DNA of 64,000 nucleotides from Rhodanobacteraceae bacterium (GCA_045864815.1 BTVG01000006.1:61611-125610); one strand, 5' to 3'; positions 28,351 to 38,804 are shown, counted from the first letter of the stretch. Made by a program: numbers and translations. The notes: a model not told the origin generated them from the sequence alone.

Positions 28351-29541
28351 ATGGACTACCCCGCCCGCGACCGACTGACCGCCGAGCTCAACGCCATCCG
28401 CGAGCAGGGCCTGTACAAGACCGAGCGCATCATCACCACGCCGCAGTCGTCGGCGATCACGACCACCGACGGGCGCGAAGTGTTGAATTTCTGCGCCAAC
28501 AATTATCTTGGCCTCGCCGACAATCGGGAGGTCATCGAGGCCGCGAAAGCCGCGCTCGACAGTCACGGATTTGGCTTGGCCTCGGTGCGTTTCATCTGCG
28601 GCACGCAGGATCTGCACAAGCAGCTCGAGGCCACCATTTCGCGCTTCTTCGGCACCGAGGACACCATCCTCTACACGAGCTGCTTCGACGCCAACGGCGG
28701 CCTGTTCGAAACTATTCTTTCGGACGAGGATACCGTCATCTCCGACGCCCTGAACCATGCGTCGATCATCGACGGCATCCGTCTGTGCAAGGCGGAGCGC
28801 CGGCGCTATGCGAATGGCGACATGACGGAACTCGAGAAACATCTCTCGGAGACGCAGCACCGGCGCACGCGCCTCATCGCCACCGATGGCGTGTTTTCCA
28901 TGGATGGTTTCATCGCAAAGCTCGACGAAATCGTCGCGCTGAAGCGCCGCTACGGCGCAATGCTCATGGTCGACGATTCGCATGCGACCGGGTTCGTCGG
29001 ACCCACCGGGCGCGGTTCGGCCGAGCTGCACGGTGTCATGGATGAGGTCGACATCTATACGTCGACGCTCGGCAAGGCGCTCGGCGGCGGGTCGGGCGGC
29101 TTCACGACCGGCCGGCGCGAAATCATCGAACTGCTGCGCCAGCGCTCGCGTCCCTACCTGTTTTCCAACACGCTGCCGCCGCCGCTCGTGGCGGCCTCGC
29201 TGAAAGTCTTCGAAATCCTCGCGCGATCGACCGAGCTGCGCGACCGCGTCGAGGCGAACGCCAGCCGCTTCCGCGAAGGCATGACCGCCGCGGGCTTCGA
29301 TCTCAAGCCGGGGCGCCATGCGATCGTGCCGGTCATGCTGTACGACGCCAAGCTCGCGCAGGCGTTCGCGAGCGAACTGCTGGCGGAAGGCATCTACGTC
29401 ATCGGCTTCTTCTATCCGGTGGTGCCGCAGGGCCAGGCCCGCATACGCACACAGATGAGCGCTGCGCACACGCCGGAGCAGATCGATCGCGCCATCGAAG
29501 CCTTCACTCGGGTGGGCCGTCGGCTCGGCGTCATTCGCTGA
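28351..29541 (+). CDS. kbl: 2-amino-3-ketobutyrate CoA ligase (glycine C-acetyltransferase)
   Basis: [69 protein letters not shown]. Confidence 0.95.
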   Translation: MDYPARDRLTAELNAIREQGLYKTERIITTPQSSAITTTDGREVLNFCANNYLGLADNREVIEAAKAALDSHGFGLASVRFICGTQDLHKQLEATISRFFGTEDTILYTSCFDANGGLFETILSDEDTVISDALNHASIIDGIRLCKAERRRYANGDMTELEKHLSETQHRRTRLIATDGVFSMDGFIAKLDEIVALKRRYGAMLMVDDSHATGFVGPTGRGSAELHGVMDEVDIYTSTLGKALGGGSGGFTTGRREIIELLRQRSRPYLFSNTLPPPLVAASLKVFEILARSTELRDRVEANASRFREGMTAAGFDLKPGRHAIVPVMLYDAKLAQAFASELLAEGIYVIGFFYPVVPQGQARIRTQMSAAHTPEQIDRAIEAFTRVGRRLGVIR

Positions 29542-29563
29542 GACGGCGGCGCGGCTGCGTCGT

Positions 29564-30319
29564 TCAGCGCAATCGCTCCACGTCGTCGGCGTCGAGCCGG
29601 CGCCAGCGCCCCTTGGCCAGCTCGCCGAGCGCGAGCTGGCCTATCGCCACCCGCACGAGCCGCAGCACGCTGATCCCGTGCGCGGCGAGCAGGCGTCGGA
29701 TATGCCGATTGCGCCCTTCGTCGAGCACGATCTCCAGCCACGCATGACGGGTACCGCAGCGCAACAGCTGCACGGACTTCGCCGCGAGGCACTCGCCGGC
29801 ATCGTCGACGCCGGATCGCAGGGCCGACAGGAGATCCGCCTCGGGAACACAATCGATCTGCACGTGATACGTCTTGTCGACGTGGCTCTCAGGTGCCGTG
29901 AGCCGTGCTGCTGCGGCACTGTCATTGGTCAGCAGCAACAAGCCTTCACTGGCCTTGTCGAGCCGGCCCACTGGCGCAAGCCACGGCAACTGAGCGTCCG
30001 CAATGAGTGCATACACAGTATCGCGCCCGTGTTCGTCGCGAGCCGTCGTCACGATCCCGCGCGGCTTGTTGAGCATGATCCAGACCGCCTCGGCCGCGGC
30101 AATCGCGCTGCCGTCGACACTGATGCGATCACCCGGTCGCGTCGGCGCTTCCGGGTCGCGGACCGTGCGTCCGTTGAGCTGCACGCGCCCGGCCCGCACG
30201 AGTTCGGCCGCGCGGCTGCGCGAGCAATAGCCGCGCCTGGACATCGCCCGCGCGATGCCGTGACGCACGCCGTCGATCGGAACCGGCGCTCCGCGCGTTC
30301 CACCGCTGGTGCGCTTCAC
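29564..30319 (-). CDS. RsuA/RluB/RluE-family rRNA pseudouridine synthase
   Basis: S4-like CSRSRAAELV, MLNKPRG, GRLDKASEGLLLL, EGRNRHIRR; start uncertain (GTG 30319). Confidence 0.88.
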   Translation of the reverse strand: MKRTSGGTRGAPVPIDGVRHGIARAMSRRGYCSRSRAAELVRAGRVQLNGRTVRDPEAPTRPGDRISVDGSAIAAAEAVWIMLNKPRGIVTTARDEHGRDTVYALIADAQLPWLAPVGRLDKASEGLLLLTNDSAAAARLTAPESHVDKTYHVQIDCVPEADLLSALRSGVDDAGECLAAKSVQLLRCGTRHAWLEIVLDEGRNRHIRRLLAAHGISVLRLVRVAIGQLALGELAKGRWRRLDADDVERLR

Positions 30320-30414
30320 GGCACGGAGCCATACGGCGGGGCTTTCACCGGGCGGCCCGCGCGGGGATGATGCAGACTCCGCGGCGCGCCGCATCTGACC
30401 CTGGCGGGTTTTCC

Positions 30415-30867
30415 ATGTCCGAGCATCACACCTCCGTCATCTGGCTGCGTGACGACAGCCCGTTCGAACGCGGCAATTATCGCCGCGAACACCAGCTGCG
30501 TTTCGAGCGCGGTCAGACGCTGCGCAACTCGGCAGCGCCGGGCTTTGGCGGACTCGGCGATGCCACCGATCCGGAAGAGCTGCTGCTCGCGGCGCTGAGC
30601 TCCTGCCACATGCTGACGTTTCTCGCGCTCTGCGCAAACCGCGGGTATCTGCTGGAGAGCTACCATGACGATGCGGTAGCCACCCTCGACAAGAATGCCG
30701 ACGGCAAGTTTGCCGTGACGAAGGCGCAGCTCAACCCGCGCACGGTGTTTTCCGGCGACAGGCAGCCGACCGCGCAGGAACTCGAAACGCTGCACGAGCG
30801 CGCCCACGCAAACTGCTTCATCGCGAATTCGGTGAATTGCGAAGTCATCGTCATGCCGCCGCGCTGA
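30415..30867 (+). CDS. OsmC/Ohr-family protein
   Basis: DPEELLLAALSSCHMLTFL and HERAHANCFIANS Cys pair. Confidence 0.88.
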   Translation: MSEHHTSVIWLRDDSPFERGNYRREHQLRFERGQTLRNSAAPGFGGLGDATDPEELLLAALSSCHMLTFLALCANRGYLLESYHDDAVATLDKNADGKFAVTKAQLNPRTVFSGDRQPTAQELETLHERAHANCFIANSVNCEVIVMPPR

Positions 30868-31019
30868 GTCTTGCACGGGGCGCCGGCGGCACCGGAGGCT
30901 TCGTCGTTGCGACGACGCTGGAACCTGCGGCCGACCGCGGCGCCTCGTCCATTTCGCAGTGCCGCCTGCACCAGGCCACAGGTCCGGCGCGACAGCGCAC
31001 GACCGCTCCGCGCGTTTGC

Positions 31020-32288
31020 TCAGGACTTGCCGAACGGCCGCTTCAAGCGCGAGAAAAGCCCGCCGCCGGATTCGCGCTCGCTCTTGACCGGCGCGCGCAG
31101 CGAGGCGCGGGATTCCCATTCGATCAGGCCGATCGCGTGATAGGCGTTGACGACGTCGAATACCTCGGCCATGGGTACGTTTGCCGCGGCCGCGATCTCG
31201 TTCAGACGCGCCGGCTGCATCATCGCCCGCGCGATCCGCTGATGCCGGTGCACTTCGCGATCGAGTTCGACCCAATGCTTGAGCCGGTAGGTTCCTCCGG
31301 GATCGAGTTGCGGCGACAGTCGCCCGCCCGAATTCACCAGCGTCTCGAGCCAGAGCAGGTGCTGGTAAGGCTGCGCCGGCTGGGTGTCACGGATCTGGCC
31401 GATTTCCGCCGTCGTCAGCCGGCGCCAGTCCGAAACCGCCAGCGGTTCCCGCGCATACGCCTCGAGCTCGGAAAGGTGTCCCTCGCTGTGGAACATGCGG
31501 TGCTTGGGATCCAGGGTCAGCGTCGCGGCGCCGTCGAAACGGATCTGCGCCGGCCCCGCGAGCAGGCGGCCATCCAGGTAGTCGCGCAATGGATGGCGGC
31601 TCGTGTCCACCACGCTACCGCGCTTCACCGGCGGCAAGGTGTTCGGTCCCGGGACGCTCCCTTGGCGCGACAGCCCGTCGCTGACTTCGAATGCACGCGC
31701 TTCGCTACGGGCTGTCGGCCCGCTGGTGCGCTCTACGCGCGTGTCCTCGTCCAGCGTCAGCGGTACCGAATAGCGCGGCTTGTGCATCTGCTCGTCGCGC
31801 CGGAACAGCGAATCCGGATCGACGAGGGTAGCGTCACCATGCGGACCCGACGTCGCAGCATCGTTGTCGAGCACGCCGGCCAGCGTGGCGGGAGGGTCGA
31901 GCTTGCGCGACGGCGTCTGGACGAACTCGAGATAAAGATCGTCGGTGCCCGAGTCGAACTGCGGCATCAGCAGGAGTCCGCCACCGGCCTGGTTCAGCAC
32001 GTCCACGACATTGGGTAACTTCAACGGGCGATGCAGGCGCAGCTCCTGGGTCGACTCCGTGGGGTCGTCGGTGATCACTGCGACGCGCATCCCCGCGGCG
32101 AGCGCGCGCGTGCGCGCCATCTGGCCGGCGAACGCATTGGTATCGACGATCACAAGATCGGCCCCTTCTTCGGTGCCCCAGCGCCAGCGCTGCTTCAGCT
32201 GATCGCCCGCCTTGCGCATCAGCAGGCGCAGGTGCGCCGTATCGTCATCGCTGAGGCCGATCACCACGAGATTCTTGTCGATGCGCAT
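31020..32288 (-). CDS. Hypothetical protein with degenerate receiver-like N-terminus and possible C-terminal HTH
   Basis: Long ORF; ADLVIVD and LHRPL receiver-like segments, low-complexity linker, LNEIAAAANVPMAEV. Confidence 0.65.
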   Translation of the reverse strand: MRIDKNLVVIGLSDDDTAHLRLLMRKAGDQLKQRWRWGTEEGADLVIVDTNAFAGQMARTRALAAGMRVAVITDDPTESTQELRLHRPLKLPNVVDVLNQAGGGLLLMPQFDSGTDDLYLEFVQTPSRKLDPPATLAGVLDNDAATSGPHGDATLVDPDSLFRRDEQMHKPRYSVPLTLDEDTRVERTSGPTARSEARAFEVSDGLSRQGSVPGPNTLPPVKRGSVVDTSRHPLRDYLDGRLLAGPAQIRFDGAATLTLDPKHRMFHSEGHLSELEAYAREPLAVSDWRRLTTAEIGQIRDTQPAQPYQHLLWLETLVNSGGRLSPQLDPGGTYRLKHWVELDREVHRHQRIARAMMQPARLNEIAAAANVPMAEVFDVVNAYHAIGLIEWESRASLRAPVKSERESGGGLFSRLKRPFGKS

Positions 32289-32438
32289 GCCCCGCCCCCG
32301 GCGGACCGCTTCACGAAGCTTCCACGCGGAACGCGCCAGTCAGGCGCGTCGCCGCAATGGTCCAATAGTACCGGCTATTGCGCCGGCACCAACCCCCAAG
32401 CGCAGTTCAGTGCAGCGGCGTATCGCGTGAAACCGCGC

Positions 32439-32924
32439 TCAGCCAGGTTTTGCGGCCTTGCGCTTGGGCTTGAGCATGGTGCCCGTGCAGCGCGACGAAC
32501 CGCAGCGACAGGCCCAGATTGCCTTGAGGCGCGGCGTGTGCCGCTCCTCGAGCGTGATGCCGTAGTCATAGCAAAGCTCTTCGCCAGCGCGGATGTCGCG
32601 CAGTGTCTCGATGACAATGCGATCCTTGCGCGCGTCGCCTCCGCTGTGCTCCTCCAGGCTGGACTGGCAGTTCGGCTCGCAGCTGTGATTGATCCAGCGT
32701 GCGATGTTGCCACCTTCGTTCGCATCCAGTACGTAGCGATCGTTGAGCGTGAACAGAAAGGTGTGCCCCGTATCGGCATTGCCGGGATAGCGCTTGTCAG
32801 CCTGCGCATGCGTCAGCAGTTTGCCGCGGTATTCGATCACCGTGGTACCGGCGGGAATGTCGACGGCGGCGAACACGCCGTTACCATGGATGGGGGAGCG
32901 GCGGGCGACGATGCGACGCGACAT
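32439..32924 (-). CDS. SET-domain protein (putative lysine methyltransferase) with post-SET Cys motif
   Basis: SPIHGNGVFA, ARWINHSCEPNC, GEELCYDYG, CRCGSSRCTG. Confidence 0.92.
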   Translation of the reverse strand: MSRRIVARRSPIHGNGVFAAVDIPAGTTVIEYRGKLLTHAQADKRYPGNADTGHTFLFTLNDRYVLDANEGGNIARWINHSCEPNCQSSLEEHSGGDARKDRIVIETLRDIRAGEELCYDYGITLEERHTPRLKAIWACRCGSSRCTGTMLKPKRKAAKPG

Positions 32925-33196
32925 GAGGACTCGGTCTGATCAGGGGGAAGGCATTGTGCCGTGTCGCCCCGGCGCCGGGAAGCGTGCACGAAGCCGCGCA
33001 GCCGCGTGCGGCGACACGCGGCCCAAACACGACAGGCTCCGCACCTGAAAACCACCGCCGCCGTGAATTCCGACCGCTCGTCGGCTACCGGCAACGGCTG
33101 CGATCCGCATCACCGAAGGGAATCCGATTAGGTCGTTAGCTCTATGCCGCTGCAGCAGCGTTGGCCGCGACTGTGCTTTCTCCGGGGAATTCCACG

Positions 33197-34009
33197 ATGT
33201 TCCGATTGATCTGCCTTGCCGTGCTCGCCGCGGTCTCTGCGGCACCGAAAGCCGCGACGTTCATCATCCGCGACCACGATGCGGCCGGACTCGTGGCCGC
33301 GATCCGCTCCGCGGAAAGCACGCTCGAGCCCGACCGCATCGAACTCGCTCCGGGCGGCCTCTACGTCCTGAGAACCCCCAGCGACACGCGGCAGCAGCTC
33401 GGTCTGCCACTGATCCGCAGCGCGATCACCATCGTCGGCAATGGTGCGGAAATACGGCGCTACTCGGATGACGAATTCGCCATGGTCGGCGTCGCCCACA
33501 GCGGCAAACTCGCGCTCGAGCATCTGGCCATTGCCGAAGCCTCGCGTGGAGCGATCATCAATCGCGGCGTGCTGCATCTGGATACGGTGCGCGTCACCGA
33601 CAGCATCGCCGACGACACCAATGCGATCGTCGTCAACTATGGCACGCTGCGCGGCTGGGACAGCGAGATCAGCCACAATGCCGTGCTCTCGGCCAAGCGC
33701 GACGCCGGGATAGTGCTCAACTTCGGACGCATGGAACTGGCGCGGTCGCGACTCGCGGGCAATACCGTCACCGGCCGGCGCAGCTCCGTGCTGACGGCGT
33801 CGGCCCTGCTGAATCTCGGTGACATCAGCCTGCGTGACGTGACCATCGAGGGCAACAGTTCGCTGGCCGAGCCGAACGACACATCGACCGCGCATGCCGT
33901 GGTGAACATCGGCAACGGCTCCCTGCACGGCGAGCGCGTGAGGCTCGTCGACAACTGGCCGGAAGAAGCCAACCGCCTGCCATCGAGCGACCCGGACGCA
34001 ATCAACTAG
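33197..34009 (+). CDS. Secreted pectin-lyase-fold (beta-helix) protein
   Basis: Signal peptide MFRLICLAVLAAVSAAPKA; AAGLVAAI..DRIELAPGGLY; repeated N-x-G-x-L strands. Confidence 0.65.
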   Translation: MFRLICLAVLAAVSAAPKAATFIIRDHDAAGLVAAIRSAESTLEPDRIELAPGGLYVLRTPSDTRQQLGLPLIRSAITIVGNGAEIRRYSDDEFAMVGVAHSGKLALEHLAIAEASRGAIINRGVLHLDTVRVTDSIADDTNAIVVNYGTLRGWDSEISHNAVLSAKRDAGIVLNFGRMELARSRLAGNTVTGRRSSVLTASALLNLGDISLRDVTIEGNSSLAEPNDTSTAHAVVNIGNGSLHGERVRLVDNWPEEANRLPSSDPDAIN

Positions 34010-34139
34010 CAAAAAACACGGCAGGTCGCCGGTCAGCTGAAGCAGCTACGATCCACCCTGGACGCGGGCAGGTGTGCCCGGCGGCTATCTGCAGCCACGG
34101 GTTTCTGCTCTACTGGCGAGTCTTTCCGGTCGCGCCGTC

Positions 34140-35576
34140 ATGTCGCAGCATCGCCATCTATTGCAGGGGCTGACGTTCAAGCTGGCCCTGTTCTACCTCC
34201 TGCTGTCGGTGCCGGCGCTGGCGCTGATCCAGTGGACCATCGTCAGCTTCGAGTTTCACGAACTGTTCAAGGCAGTCGATTCCGGGCGTCTCGCGTCGAT
34301 GACACAGGACGCCGCGACCGAGATCGGCCACCACTGGCGCGACGACAAGCCACCCGGCGAAATCGAACTCGCCACGCGTGCCGAGGCGCTGGTGCTGCGG
34401 CTCGAGCGACCGCAGGACGGCCTCGCGCCGAGCTCCTATGTGATGCTCGAGTTGTCCAAGGTGCCTATCGCGGTCGGCGTTTACGACGCGTCCGGCCACC
34501 TGCTGGCAAGCGCCCCGGCTGACAGCTGGACCGCGACGCCGCCCAGCCCCGGGCATCCGGCCTGGGACCAGGCGCGCCACTCCGGAACGGCAGACTTGCC
34601 CGGCGCAGAGGCACCGGAACGCGTGCGCCGCGTTCTCGCGACGATCCGTGACGGCGCGGGAACGCTCCGCGGGTTTCTGCTGACCGAGTTGCGGCTGCCG
34701 CTGCCCTGGCAACGCATCGCTGGTGAAAAGAGCTTCGAATGGCCGGTGCTGTTCGTCTATCTCGTCGTCTTCAGTCTGGCGACCGCTTTTTTCATGGTGC
34801 GCTGGGTCACACGCCGGCTCAACACGATCGCCGACGCCGCCGAGTCCTGGAGCGCCGGCGATTTCTCGACCCTGATCCCGGACGATTCCGGGGACGAACT
34901 CGGACGTCTGTCTCGCGACCTGAACCGCATGGCGGTCGAACTCATGAGTCTGCTGCAGTCCCGCGCGGAACTCGCCAGTCTGCAGGAACGCCAGAGGATC
35001 GCGCGCGACCTGCATGACACGGTCAAGCAGAAGGCATTCGCGTTGAACCTGCACATTCGCGCCGCGCGACGACTGATCGGCACCGACAACGATGCAGCCA
35101 AGGCGCGCATGGACGAGTCGTTCGCACTGATCGGTGGCATCCAGCGCCAGCTCGTGCTCGTGCTCGACGAACTGAGGGTGGAACGTGCTCCACGCGGGTT
35201 CCTGGCGCCGCGACTGCGCGACCTCGCCGAACGCTGGGCACGCATCAGCGGCCTGCAGCGCGAGTTCGACCTGGATGACACGATCCGCGATGACGCGGTG
35301 CACGGCGAAGCCCTGCTGAGCATTGCCGAGGAGGCTCTCGCCAACGTGCTGCGACATAGCCGTGCGACCAGGGTCTCAATCCGGCTCCATCGCCAGGACG
35401 AGCAGATTGCGCTCTCCATCGCCGATAATGGCATCGGCGGTGCCGACAGCAGCAGCGGCATGGGACTGGCGAACATGCGCGCCCGCGCGGAAGGGCTGCC
35501 GCAGGGCCGGTTCGAGCTGATCAGTTCGCCCGGTGCCGGCACCGAGGTGAGAGTCCGCTGCAATTACGGAGCATGA
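34140..35576 (+). CDS. Sensor histidine kinase (2 TM, HAMP, HisKA_3, HATPase)
   Basis: DELGRL..LNRM (HAMP), ERQRIARDLHD, EALANVLRHS, IADNGIG, GMGLANM. Confidence 0.9.
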   Translation: MSQHRHLLQGLTFKLALFYLLLSVPALALIQWTIVSFEFHELFKAVDSGRLASMTQDAATEIGHHWRDDKPPGEIELATRAEALVLRLERPQDGLAPSSYVMLELSKVPIAVGVYDASGHLLASAPADSWTATPPSPGHPAWDQARHSGTADLPGAEAPERVRRVLATIRDGAGTLRGFLLTELRLPLPWQRIAGEKSFEWPVLFVYLVVFSLATAFFMVRWVTRRLNTIADAAESWSAGDFSTLIPDDSGDELGRLSRDLNRMAVELMSLLQSRAELASLQERQRIARDLHDTVKQKAFALNLHIRAARRLIGTDNDAAKARMDESFALIGGIQRQLVLVLDELRVERAPRGFLAPRLRDLAERWARISGLQREFDLDDTIRDDAVHGEALLSIAEEALANVLRHSRATRVSIRLHRQDEQIALSIADNGIGGADSSSGMGLANMRARAEGLPQGRFELISSPGAGTEVRVRCNYGA

Positions 35577-36229
35577 CTGCCATGAATTCGACGATTCGCG
35601 TCATCATCGCCGACGATCACGTGCTGGTGCGGCAGGGCGTGCGCGCCTTCCTCGACACCTGCGACGACCTGACCATTGTCGGTGAAGCCGACAGCGCCGA
35701 ATCGGCCGCCGCCGTCTGCCGCGAGCTCGCGCCCGACGTGGCGCTGATCGATCTGGTCATGCCGGGCGGCGGCGTCGAGGCGACGCGGCTGATCCGCAGT
35801 TCGTGTCCGTCGACCCAGGTGCTGATACTCACCAGCTACGAAGACGATGCGCAGATCGTCCACGCGGTGCAGGCCGGTGCTTTGTCCTACCTGCTGAAGG
35901 ACACGGACGCAGATACCCTGGCAGACGCAGTGCGGCGTACGGCCCGCGGCGAGGCGATACTGCATCCACGTATCGCAACGCGTCTGGTGCAGGCCGTGCG
36001 CGCCCCGGCGACCGACCCGGCACCGAGCGCGCTCGACCGGCTCAGCCTGCGCGAGCGCGAAGTGCTCGAGCTCATGGCCGACGGCCTGTCGAACCAGATC
36101 ATCGCAACCCGCATGGGCATCGGCGAAAAGACCGTGAAAACCCATGTGAGCAACGTACTCGCCAAGCTGGAACTGCAGGACCGCACCCAGGCCGCCGTCT
36201 ACGCGTGGCGCGCTGGCGTGAAGCGCTGA
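35573..36229 (+). CDS. NarL/LuxR-family response regulator
   Basis: IADDH, DVALIDLVMP, GALSYLLK, LSLREREVL, TVKTHVSN; ATGA overlap with the kinase. Confidence 0.93.
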   Translation: MTAMNSTIRVIIADDHVLVRQGVRAFLDTCDDLTIVGEADSAESAAAVCRELAPDVALIDLVMPGGGVEATRLIRSSCPSTQVLILTSYEDDAQIVHAVQAGALSYLLKDTDADTLADAVRRTARGEAILHPRIATRLVQAVRAPATDPAPSALDRLSLREREVLELMADGLSNQIIATRMGIGEKTVKTHVSNVLAKLELQDRTQAAVYAWRAGVKR

Positions 36230-36279
36230 CCCCGCGAACGAGGCGCGGGCATCGCGACCTCAATTCATGCAAGCGGTCG

Positions 36280-36304
36280 CCCGGAACTGGATTAGCGTTC
36301 CGGG
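36280..36304. terminator. Inverted repeat between convergent genes
   Basis: CCCGGAAC-tggattagc-GTTCCGGG, 8-bp stem. Confidence 0.35.
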
Positions 36305-36362
36305 ATCAATCCATCGAAGCGCTCGTGGGTGCGTGAGGCATCGTCCCAGATCGCCGGCGCCG

Positions 36363-37037
36363 CTATCCGCCGCGCAGCCGCGGCACGAAGCGGGACAACA
36401 ACACCATCCAGAGCGCGCCGGCCGCCCAGCCGGCGAGTACGTCACTGGGCCAGTGCACGCCGAGATACACGCGGCTGCAGCCCACGGCGGCTGCGACGAT
36501 CCACGCGACCAGCAACACATAGTCGCGCGCACGCCGGCTCTCGAAATCCGCAGCCAGCAGCATCGCGAAGGTCACCCAGGCGACGGTGGCCATCAAGGTG
36601 TGTCCGCTGGGGAAGCTCGCGCTGTAGATCTCGGCTTCGTGCGAGACCAGATCGGGCCGCGGCCGGGATACGAGCAGCTTGGCGGCAGCGCTGACGAGCT
36701 GGGCGCCGACGATGCTGAAAGCCAGGATCGCCATGTCCTTGAACCGCCGCTGCAGTCCGAGAAATCCGGCCAGCAGCAGACTTGCTCCGGCCACTACGCC
36801 AATGCCGCCGAGACCGGTCATGTCGCGCATCACGTCTTCGAACCAGCCCGGCCCGATCGGATCGCTCGCCTGAGCGTCGCGCAGCAGCAGCATGATCTGG
36901 CGATCGAGCGTATGCGCGCCGCCGTCGGCAAACAGCGACGACACCGCGAGCGCGAGCAGAGCGACGGACGCGACGCCGATCACGAGCCGCCGCGACCAGC
37001 GTCGCTCAGCGGGCGCCTGCCACGCGGAGCCGGTCAT
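36363..37037 (-). CDS. PAP2-family membrane phosphatase
   Basis: KLLVSRPRP, SFPSGH, SRVYLGVHWPSDV; start uncertain (37037 or 37094). Confidence 0.88.
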   Translation of the reverse strand: MTGSAWQAPAERRWSRRLVIGVASVALLALAVSSLFADGGAHTLDRQIMLLLRDAQASDPIGPGWFEDVMRDMTGLGGIGVVAGASLLLAGFLGLQRRFKDMAILAFSIVGAQLVSAAAKLLVSRPRPDLVSHEAEIYSASFPSGHTLMATVAWVTFAMLLAADFESRRARDYVLLVAWIVAAAVGCSRVYLGVHWPSDVLAGWAAGALWMVLLSRFVPRLRGG

Positions 37038-37074
37038 ATCAGGACTCCACCAGCGCGGCAATGACCGGATCGCA

Positions 37075-38553
37075 TCAGCAGCATCCGTGATCACCGTGGT
37101 GCGAGTGCGCGGCGCTCGCCGCCACGCCTGCCGTCAGACCGGCCTGGCCCGCCACGAAATGATCCGCGACGACTTTCGCCACACACATCGTCACGCGCTT
37201 GCCCGTTGGGATATGCAGGAACTCGTTCGGACCATGCGCATTGGAATGCGGCCCCAGCACGCCGGTGATCAGGAACTGCGCGCCCGGGAACTTCTCGCCG
37301 AGCATGCCCATGAACGGGATCGTACCGCCTTCGCCCATGTACGCCGGTGCGGGGCCGAAAAACGTCGTCGACGCCTCGGCGACGGAATTTTCGAGCCATT
37401 CCGACAGCTGCGGTGCGTTCCAGCCGGTTGAGGCCTTCTCGAGATCGAACGTGACCTCGCAGCCGTAGGGTGGATCGCGCTCGAGCAAGGTCTTCAGAAA
37501 TTCGCCGGCAGTCGCACCGTCACGCGTGGGCGGCAGGCGCAGGCTGAGCTTGACCGCGGTGAACGGCCGCAGCACGTTGCCGGCCGACTCCAGCGGCGGC
37601 ATCCCGGCCACGCCGGTCACGGACAGCGCCGGACGCCAGGTGCGATTGAGCACGAGCTCGGCCAGATCCTCACCCATCGGCTGCATGCCGTTCACGAAGG
37701 GAAATTTGGAATACACCGCATCGCCGAGCACCTCGGCGGAGCGCCTCGCCTGCTCGACGCGCTGCGCCGGAATTTCGACGAACAGTTCCGGCGTACGGAC
37801 TCTGCCGGTCGTTCCGTCCTCCAGCCTGTCCAGCAGCTGCCGCAGGATGCGGAAACTCGAGGCGACGACACCGGACGCGTCGCCCGAATGCACGCCTTCC
37901 TCGAGCACCTTGACCGTCAGGTTTCCGCCGGTAAGGCCACGCAGGCTCGTCGTTAACCAGAGCTGTTCGTAGTTGCCGCAGCCCGAATCGAGGCAGACCA
38001 CCAGTGACGGCCTGCCGATACGCCCGGCGAGATGATCGACGTAGTACGGCAGGTCATAGCTGCCGGATTCCTCGCAGGCCTCGATCATGACCACGCAGCG
38101 GGCATGGGGAATACCCTGCTCCTGCAACGCGAGAATGGCCGCCAGCGAACCGAATATCGCATAGCCGTCATCGGCGCCGCCGCGTCCATAGAGCCTGTCG
38201 CCCTTGATGACGGGCTTCCAGGGTCCGAGGTCATCGGCCCAGCCGGTCATTTCCGGCTGCTTGTCGAGATGACCATAGAGCACGATGCAGTCGTCGTTGC
38301 TGCCGGGTATGTCGATGAAAATCAGCGGCGTGCGCCCCGGCAATCGCACCACATCGACCTGCATGCCTGCGATCGGCTGCGCGCGCGCCCAGTCCGCGAG
38401 CAGCTCGATCGCCTGATCCATGTACCCATGCTCTACCCAGTCGGCATCGAACATCGGCGACTTGTTGGGAATGCGGATGTACTCGACGAGGCGAGGAACG
38501 ATTTCCTCGTCCCACTTGGCCGAAACGAAGGCACGCAACTGTTCGGTGTTCAT
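37075..38553 (-). CDS. M20-family metallopeptidase/dipeptidase
   Basis: YGHLDKQP, GRGGADDGY, EACEESGS, GVHSG, GEGGTIP, NAHGPNEFL; His/Cys-rich tail. Confidence 0.9.
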   Translation of the reverse strand: MNTEQLRAFVSAKWDEEIVPRLVEYIRIPNKSPMFDADWVEHGYMDQAIELLADWARAQPIAGMQVDVVRLPGRTPLIFIDIPGSNDDCIVLYGHLDKQPEMTGWADDLGPWKPVIKGDRLYGRGGADDGYAIFGSLAAILALQEQGIPHARCVVMIEACEESGSYDLPYYVDHLAGRIGRPSLVVCLDSGCGNYEQLWLTTSLRGLTGGNLTVKVLEEGVHSGDASGVVASSFRILRQLLDRLEDGTTGRVRTPELFVEIPAQRVEQARRSAEVLGDAVYSKFPFVNGMQPMGEDLAELVLNRTWRPALSVTGVAGMPPLESAGNVLRPFTAVKLSLRLPPTRDGATAGEFLKTLLERDPPYGCEVTFDLEKASTGWNAPQLSEWLENSVAEASTTFFGPAPAYMGEGGTIPFMGMLGEKFPGAQFLITGVLGPHSNAHGPNEFLHIPTGKRVTMCVAKVVADHFVAGQAGLTAGVAASAAHSHHGDHGCC

Positions 38554-38804
38554 CAGTCTTCCTGGGACGCTGCAGCGAGGCGCGAATGGTACTCCGGCAA
38601 ACGCCGGCTAACGAGTTGTGCCACGGGAATTTTTCCCTAGGGACCAGGCCGGATTGCGATTTTTCCTAGTGGGAACGACGGCATCCGCTCAGGTATCTGC
38701 GCGGCAATGTTCCGACGCCGCGGAAGCGGCACCTGCCTATCGTGTCACCTGTCGGGGCCAGAACGGCACGACCCTGAAACCACCCCTTGAACAGGAGCAT
38801 TCCC

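Noticed and set aside
32925-33196. Possible riboswitch or structured RNA in the 270-bp divergent spacer
   Set aside because: No recognisable c-di-GMP or other aptamer consensus; an Rfam covariance search would be needed.
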